A stretch of 63,985 bases of DNA, counting the filler, from an uncultured Methanosarcinales archaeon (GTDB lineage Archaea > Nanobdellota > Nanobdellia > Woesearchaeales > CAZKBD01): NCBI GenBank assembly GCA_964550945.1. It is 4 parts of 4 records of this genome, joined end to end, with 100 filler letters (N's around TTAATTAATTAA, not from the genome) between each part and the next. Parts side by side here need not be neighbours in the genome. Positions count along the whole stretch, not along the records: positions 42,116 to 62,206 come from CAZKBD010000026.1; positions 62,307 to 63,985 come from CAZKBD010000171.1; 2 more parts are not named here. One strand, 5' to 3'. The position numbers were made by a program, and so were the translations under genes. Each line of letters begins with the position of its first letter. Positions within the stretch are counted from its first letter, which is position 1. The notes beneath the pieces are model-generated. The model saw nothing but the letters and a program-made list of their open reading frames with translations. It searched no databases and was not told where the DNA came from. Shown here piece by piece: positions 58,612 through 63,985 of the stretch.

Positions 58612-59807
58612 AACACCTTGTATTGATCGGAGATGGAATGGCTGACCATAAGCTGAAAGAGTTAGATGGCAAAACCCCCTTGCAAGCTGCTAAAATTCCT
58701 AATATGGATAAGCTTGCTAAGAAAGGAAGGTGCGGGAAGTTGGTTACAATACCTGAAAACATACCTCCGGGTTCAGATGTAGCTAATCTATCTATCTTCG
58801 GGTATAATCCAAAGGATTGCTATTGTGGAAGAGGGCCTGTTGAAGCAGCTGCAATGGGCATTAAACTAGGGAAAAATGATTATGCGTTCAGATGCAACTT
58901 GATAACAGAGGATCATGGAATCTTAAAGGATTATTCCTCTGGACATATATCCAATGATGAAGCTAAAGAACTCATCAAATTGATTAGTGAAAATTTTGGA
59001 AAAAAAGATATTGAATTTTTTAATGGTGTCAGCTATAGGCATATATTATTATTGAAAAATATTGATTTTGATCTTGATTTAGATTGCACACCCCCTCATG
59101 ATGTGACTGGCGCCAAGATTTCTGATGTGATGATCAAGCCAAAAAATAAAGAATCAAAAAGAATAGCAGATATGCTGAATAAGATGATATTAGACTCAAA
59201 GATTATATTAGAGAGGCACCCTATAAACATCAATAGGATTAAAGCTGGAAAAAATCCAGCTAACATGATCTGGCCGTGGTCGCCTGGGAAAAGGTCAAAT
59301 ATGAAAAGTTATAAAGAATTGTTTGGCTTGAAAGGCGCTGTTATTTCTGCTGTTGATGTGATATTTGGTGTAGGTGCATTGGCTGGTTTAGAGCCAATAA
59401 AAGTCAAAGGAGCAACAGGGCTTTATGACACAAATTATGAAGCAAAGGCAGATGCTGCAATCAATGCGCTTAATAAATATGATATTGTCTTTGTCCATGT
59501 TGAAGCGCCGGATGAAGCAAGCCATGCAGGAGATTTGAAGTTAAAGATCAAGACACTAGAAGATTTTGATAGAAGATTAGTTGGAAGGGTTTTGGAGAAA
59601 GTAGATGATGATGTGGCTATTGCTGTGCTGACAGACCATCCAACACCAGTAAAAACAAAGGCGCATGTTGCAGAGCCTGTTCCTTTTGTGATCTACAAGC
59701 CAGGAGAGAAAGCTGATAATGTTGCTGGTTTTGATGAGTTTTCTTGTGAAAAAGGAAGTTATGGGACTGTAAAAGGAGAGAAGTTTATTAGGCTGTTGTT
59801 AGAATGA
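58608..59807 (+). CDS. apgM: ApgM-family cofactor-independent phosphoglycerate mutase-like protein (possible homoserine kinase subfamily)
   Basis: GDGMAD, PGSD.AN, DYSSGHI, EAPDEASH, DHPTP. Confidence 0.85.
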   Translation: MKHLVLIGDGMADHKLKELDGKTPLQAAKIPNMDKLAKKGRCGKLVTIPENIPPGSDVANLSIFGYNPKDCYCGRGPVEAAAMGIKLGKNDYAFRCNLITEDHGILKDYSSGHISNDEAKELIKLISENFGKKDIEFFNGVSYRHILLLKNIDFDLDLDCTPPHDVTGAKISDVMIKPKNKESKRIADMLNKMILDSKIILERHPININRIKAGKNPANMIWPWSPGKRSNMKSYKELFGLKGAVISAVDVIFGVGALAGLEPIKVKGATGLYDTNYEAKADAAINALNKYDIVFVHVEAPDEASHAGDLKLKIKTLEDFDRRLVGRVLEKVDDDVAIAVLTDHPTPVKTKAHVAEPVPFVIYKPGEKADNVAGFDEFSCEKGSYGTVKGEKFIRLLLE

Positions 59808-59888
59808 GGTTTACCACCGAGTAGATTTACAATTAATAAGTAGTTAAAATAGAAAGATATTTAAATGATTTCTGGTTTACAATTCTTT

Positions 59889-60653
59889 ATGGCAAGCGAA
59901 GAACCTACAAGGTATGTTTATATCGGTAACCCTGAACAAATGTTCTCTTTAATTCCAGCTGGTCAAGAACAAAATACTGTTTCTCTTGAGAGATTTCCAA
60001 CAGCAGACTCAATAGATGAAGCATTAGGCCATACACCAAGCGTCATTATAGTAGAACCATTCAGACATGTTAGAAGAGAGTTTGATGAGTTTTATAGGGC
60101 TTTAAGAGAAATTCATCAAAACATACCTTTGATTGTTTTGTCGGGGCTTTATACGCTCCATAATGGATTAGACGCACATGTATTAAAAGACCAATCAGTT
60201 AGCTACCAGCTACCACCTAAATGTAGCTTTGAGGCTGTAGAGTATAGTTATTCTCTCCCTGGAGGAATTGTTGGTTTAAGAGAAGGAGTTTATTTTGTTG
60301 ATAAGATGAGGGAATATGGCCTAAGTCTTGGTGATGTAAAGTTAATCTCAGGAGGCTATCCTTTAGAGGGGTTGGTCCTATTTGAACGGAAAGAAATACA
60401 ACCCCTAGCTAATATGTTTCCACAGATTCTACAAATGGGGCATGAAAAATATGACGATCTGGTTGCAAAAATGGGCTTGGCAGCTGCAACCTTGCCTGAC
60501 GTAACCCTGGCAGGGGATAAGTTAGTAGCTGGCCATGTAGAAACTCCCACTCAATTAACTACTACCTCTCTTTTTAGATTATTAGCAAGCGATATCATGG
60601 CTAGTTATAGGGCAATAGACAGAGCAAAAAAAAAGCACCGATGTGGTTATTAA
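59889..60653 (+). CDS. Orphan hypothetical protein, possible degenerate receiver-like N-terminus
   Basis: ORF with TATA ~30 nt upstream; PSVIIVE...LREIHQNIPLIVLSG. Confidence 0.6.
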   Translation: MASEEPTRYVYIGNPEQMFSLIPAGQEQNTVSLERFPTADSIDEALGHTPSVIIVEPFRHVRREFDEFYRALREIHQNIPLIVLSGLYTLHNGLDAHVLKDQSVSYQLPPKCSFEAVEYSYSLPGGIVGLREGVYFVDKMREYGLSLGDVKLISGGYPLEGLVLFERKEIQPLANMFPQILQMGHEKYDDLVAKMGLAAATLPDVTLAGDKLVAGHVETPTQLTTTSLFRLLASDIMASYRAIDRAKKKHRCGY

Positions 60654-60725
60654 TCAGAATTTGTTTCTGCTCATCATAAAAAAAGATACTAAATCTCTCG
60701 CAACCAATTTTTGAGAATGTTCTAC

Positions 60726-61682
60726 TTAAACAAATACCACCTGCAAAATATTAAACAAATAGCCTGTGAAGATTATTCCCAGTGCTACAATACCAAAGAA
60801 TATTGCTATTAACTTTAATTTCATTGCTCTTCTAAGTATTATTGCTTCTGGCAGGCTTAATGCAGACACTGCCATCATGAATGCTAAAGCAGTGCCTAAT
60901 GGAACTCCCTTTTGGAACAAAACAACTGCAATTGGAACTATTGCTGCGCAACTGCCATATATTGGAATGCCTATCAAAACTGCAATTGGAACTGCGAATG
61001 GCCCTACATTGGTTATTGCCTTATGGATAACCTCTTCTGGAATATAGTTATGGACTAAAGCACCAATTGCCACTCCAAATAACACCCAGAACCATAATTT
61101 ATTTACCATCTCTTTTGATTCATTGATTCCAAATGTTATCCTGTCTTTGATGTTGCTGTATTTAGCCTCTTTTATCTGTGAGTTAGAAGTTACGTCTTTA
61201 ACAAGATGCTTCTCAAGTTTCATCTTACCTAAAATAATGCCTGATAAAACACCTATGAAAATGCCGCTTAGAATATATGCTAAAGTGATTTTCCATCCAA
61301 AGAAGCCCAGCATCAATACAACAAGATACTCATTGATTATAGGTGAGGTTATCAAAAATGAGAAGGTTATGCCTAAAGGTATGCCTGCTTTTAAAAAGCT
61401 AAGGAATAATGGGATAGAAGAGCATGAACAGAAGGGAGTTATGGCTCCGAATAATGAAGCTGCTAGATTGCCCATGCCTAACTTTGTTCTTGATAGCCAT
61501 TTTTTGATCTTATCCTGGGAGATATAGGTCCTTAGAAACCCTATTATTGCTATCATCACGAATAGTAACAGGATTATTTTTATAGCATCATAAATAAAAA
61601 AGTTAAGGGACTGTGCTATCTTTGAGTTTACACTTAGCCCTAGAACTTTGTACACGATCCAGTCTACAATTACTTGCAGCAT
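60726..61682 (-). CDS. arsP: ArsP-family permease
   Basis: TPFCSCSSIP, SP..NE, GIPIY, ALSLPE; in an arsR operon. Confidence 0.88.
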   Translation of the reverse strand: MLQVIVDWIVYKVLGLSVNSKIAQSLNFFIYDAIKIILLLFVMIAIIGFLRTYISQDKIKKWLSRTKLGMGNLAASLFGAITPFCSCSSIPLFLSFLKAGIPLGITFSFLITSPIINEYLVVLMLGFFGWKITLAYILSGIFIGVLSGIILGKMKLEKHLVKDVTSNSQIKEAKYSNIKDRITFGINESKEMVNKLWFWVLFGVAIGALVHNYIPEEVIHKAITNVGPFAVPIAVLIGIPIYGSCAAIVPIAVVLFQKGVPLGTALAFMMAVSALSLPEAIILRRAMKLKLIAIFFGIVALGIIFTGYLFNILQVVFV

Positions 61683-61789
61683 GTATCTTCTTCCTGGCTG
61701 CCGCAACAGCAGCATTTATTGCTCTTCTCTTTCATCTTCTTGTCTATCTTTTCAGTTATTTTCTTAAAAATTCCTTTTTTCTTTGCCAT
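61670..61789 (-). CDS. 39-aa Cys-rich microprotein, not in the ORF track
   Basis: GGAGG RBS; MAKKKGIFKKITEKIDKKMKEKSNKCCCCGSQEEDTCCK; fills the arsR-arsP gap. Confidence 0.8.
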   Translation of the reverse strand: MAKKKGIFKKITEKIDKKMKEKSNKCCCCGSQEEDTCCK

Positions 61790-61790
61790 T

Positions 61791-62051
61791 TTATTCCTCC
61801 AGATATTTCTTTATTTTTTCTTTGTCCTTTATGCAGCAGATAAGGAAATTAGCCTGTTTTTTTGTTTCCACAATACCTGCGTTTTCCAGGATTTGGATAT
61901 GCCTGAATACAACTGACTGGTCTCTTTTTATCGATTTTGTCAGCTCACAGATACAGGCGCAGTGATTTTTTATGAGGCAATCTATGATCTGCAGCCTAAT
62001 TGGCTCGCTTAATGCCTTGTAAAACATTGATTTTTCCTTTAGGTTTACCAT
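61791..62051 (-). CDS. arsR: ArsR/SmtB-family regulator
   Basis: YKALSEPIRLQI, CACICEL, QSVVFRHI..LE.AG; imperfect palindrome TTGCGTATTTG-TG-CAAACGTGCAA at 62052-62075. Confidence 0.9.
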   Translation of the reverse strand: MVNLKEKSMFYKALSEPIRLQIIDCLIKNHCACICELTKSIKRDQSVVFRHIQILENAGIVETKKQANFLICCIKDKEKIKKYLEE

Positions 62052-62206
62052 TTGCGTATTTGTGCAAACGTGCAAGTATATAAATGTTTCTGTTTTTGAC
62101 TGAGTTAAATAATTTTATGTTGTTCTTGTTCTCGGCAACAACAATAATGGTACCAAGAAAGGAAAAATTAATTCTTAATTTTTCCAATTCTTAAATAGTT
62201 CTAACT

Positions 62207-62306
62207 NNNNNNNNNNNNNNNNNNNNNNNNNNNNNNNNNNNNNNNNNNNNTTAATTAATTAANNNNNNNNNNNNNNNNNNNNNNNNNNNNNNNNNNNNNN
62301 NNNNNN
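62207..62306. other. Artificial contig linker
   Basis: Ns around TTAATTAATTAA. Confidence 0.98.
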
Positions 62307-63985
62307 CATTCCATTTATCCATGTTATCCCATCAGTTGTTGAAGAGCCTTCTTCGCTGAAATCATCATAGAAATAGGCATAAGTTGTTAACAGCTTCAAA
62401 ATTCCGTTTTCATCAACATAATAGAGTTCGTTTATTACATCATTGTTTATTGTTTTATTAACAGCATAATAACCTTGGTTAAAGTCTAAATCGTCTACTG
62501 TACCAAAACCACTAATCCAGAAAACCCTTGTTTCATCTTTGTTCCTGAAATTAGTTATATTGAATATTTCATAATAATAGCTCAGATTTTGTATTGTGTA
62601 ATTTTGGCTTTCTAAATTAATCTGCACTAACCCAAAGCCGTAATAATCATCCTTTCCTTGCTCTCCTAAATCAAGAGCATCGTTTCTTAGTTTTGCTCTT
62701 ATCTGGGAATTTGTTAAGCTTTGATTATATGACTTTATTAAAGCAGCAACTCCGGCAACATGCGGAGCTGCAAAAGAAGTTCCGCTAGTAACTATATAAC
62801 CCTCACCTAAATAAGTGGTGTTAATATCAACCCCGGGAGCGACTAATTCCAGCTCAAAGCCATAATTTGAGAAAAGTGCTTTTTCATTATTTTCGTTTAT
62901 AGCGCCAACTGCAATAACATCAGAATAAGCAGCAGGATATAAAATATTATTCTCTCCATTATTGCCTGTTGCAGCTATTAATAAAATATTATTGTTATAA
63001 GCTTCTTCTATAACTTCTTTGAATATTTGAGAATAGCTTTCCATACCAAAGCTCATGGAAATGATGTCCATATTGTTTTCAATAGCCCATTCAACGCCAG
63101 CAATTGCATCAGATAGATATCCAGAGGAATCTTCCATTATTTTAACAGCGTAAATATCAGCTTCTGGAGCGATGCCTGCTAATCCTTCATTATTTAATAA
63201 AGCAGAAACAACTCCTGAAACAGCAGTTCCGTGGCCATTGTTATCATTGTAATCTTCAGTTATAACAGAATACCCTCCTGCAATAGCCAAATCAAGGTGC
63301 TGGCTAACACCAGTATCTAAAATTGCTACTTTAACATTATTTCCTTTTGTTAAATTCCAAGCAGAGGGGGCTTTTGTTTTTTCTATATTATATGGGATGT
63401 TATCCCCTAATGATTCTATCCCCTGGTCAAGCTCCATATATTCTATGTTAAAGTCTTCTATTAAGTTTTCTATATCTGTTATGTTGCTATCTATTTTTAG
63501 AATGTCAAATTTGGAGTATACTTTTTTAATATCCTTTATTTTGTTTTTATCGAATGCTTCTTTATAACTTACTAAATATTCATTTCTTTCTTCTTTATTT
63601 TCAATATTTTCGAGATATTCTTCTGTTTTTTTGTTTAATTTGCTTTTGTGCGGGTTTATTAGTTCTTTTATATTTTTTGATATGTTCTCTTGAGACAATG
63701 TAAGATTAGTCATATTCTCAGAAGGAATACTCTCATTTAAGATAAGTCCACTTTGATTAAGCTCGCTCTCGCTGCCTTCGGTGATAACAGAGCCCGTTAT
63801 AGCATCTAAACTCTCATTAGTGCTATTATTTTCTGGGAGATTAGTAACATCAACAGGCGCATTAGAGGTATCGTTCTCAACAATAAGACCAATATCAGGA
63901 GTTATATCCAAATCAGAAGCTACATTCAAACCATCCTCTTCTAAAGAGCTGTTTGTTTCGTTTTGGTTTATACCAAAAACAGCAA
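62307..63985 (-). CDS. Secreted S8 subtilisin-like protease, partial at both ends
   Basis: LDTG, HGT, GTSFAAPHVAG catalytic triad; many NxS/T sequons; frame open to the window end. Confidence 0.92.

Overview
Low-GC archaeal genome fragment, most likely a DPANN archaeon of the Woesearchaeota type (GatDE, Cdc48, RpoL/RpoP, L37ae, prefoldin, aEF-1beta, PAC2, Trm1, BRE/TATA promoters, many orphans). The taxonomy is an inference. It is four contigs joined by artificial 100-nt N linkers containing TTAATTAATTAA (21531-21630, 42016-42115, 62207-62306), so synteny across those joins means nothing. Contents: a type III-like R-M pair, housekeeping genes, a tyrosine-recombinase locus with phased repeats and two coiled-coil/wHTH genes, a tRNA-Pro with two non-canonical introns, an NrdR-NrdDG anaerobic RNR cluster, metH-metF, an oxygen/metal defence cluster, several toxin-antitoxin modules, an mtnA/apt/lsrF/Zn-dehydrogenase cluster, thrC-apgM, an arsR-arsP operon and a partial subtilase. 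Best leads: (1) a possible undescribed 5'-deoxyadenosine salvage route to acetyl-CoA + DHAP (MtnA, Zn-dehydrogenase, LsrF, Apt); (2) an 11-bp-phased TCCCA iteron-like array in front of two wHTH proteins and a minimal recombinase; (3) a dispersed, modular hairpin repeat family with a compensatory base change; (4) bacterial-type NrdR boxes on an archaeal promoter and an NrdD-glutaredoxin fusion.
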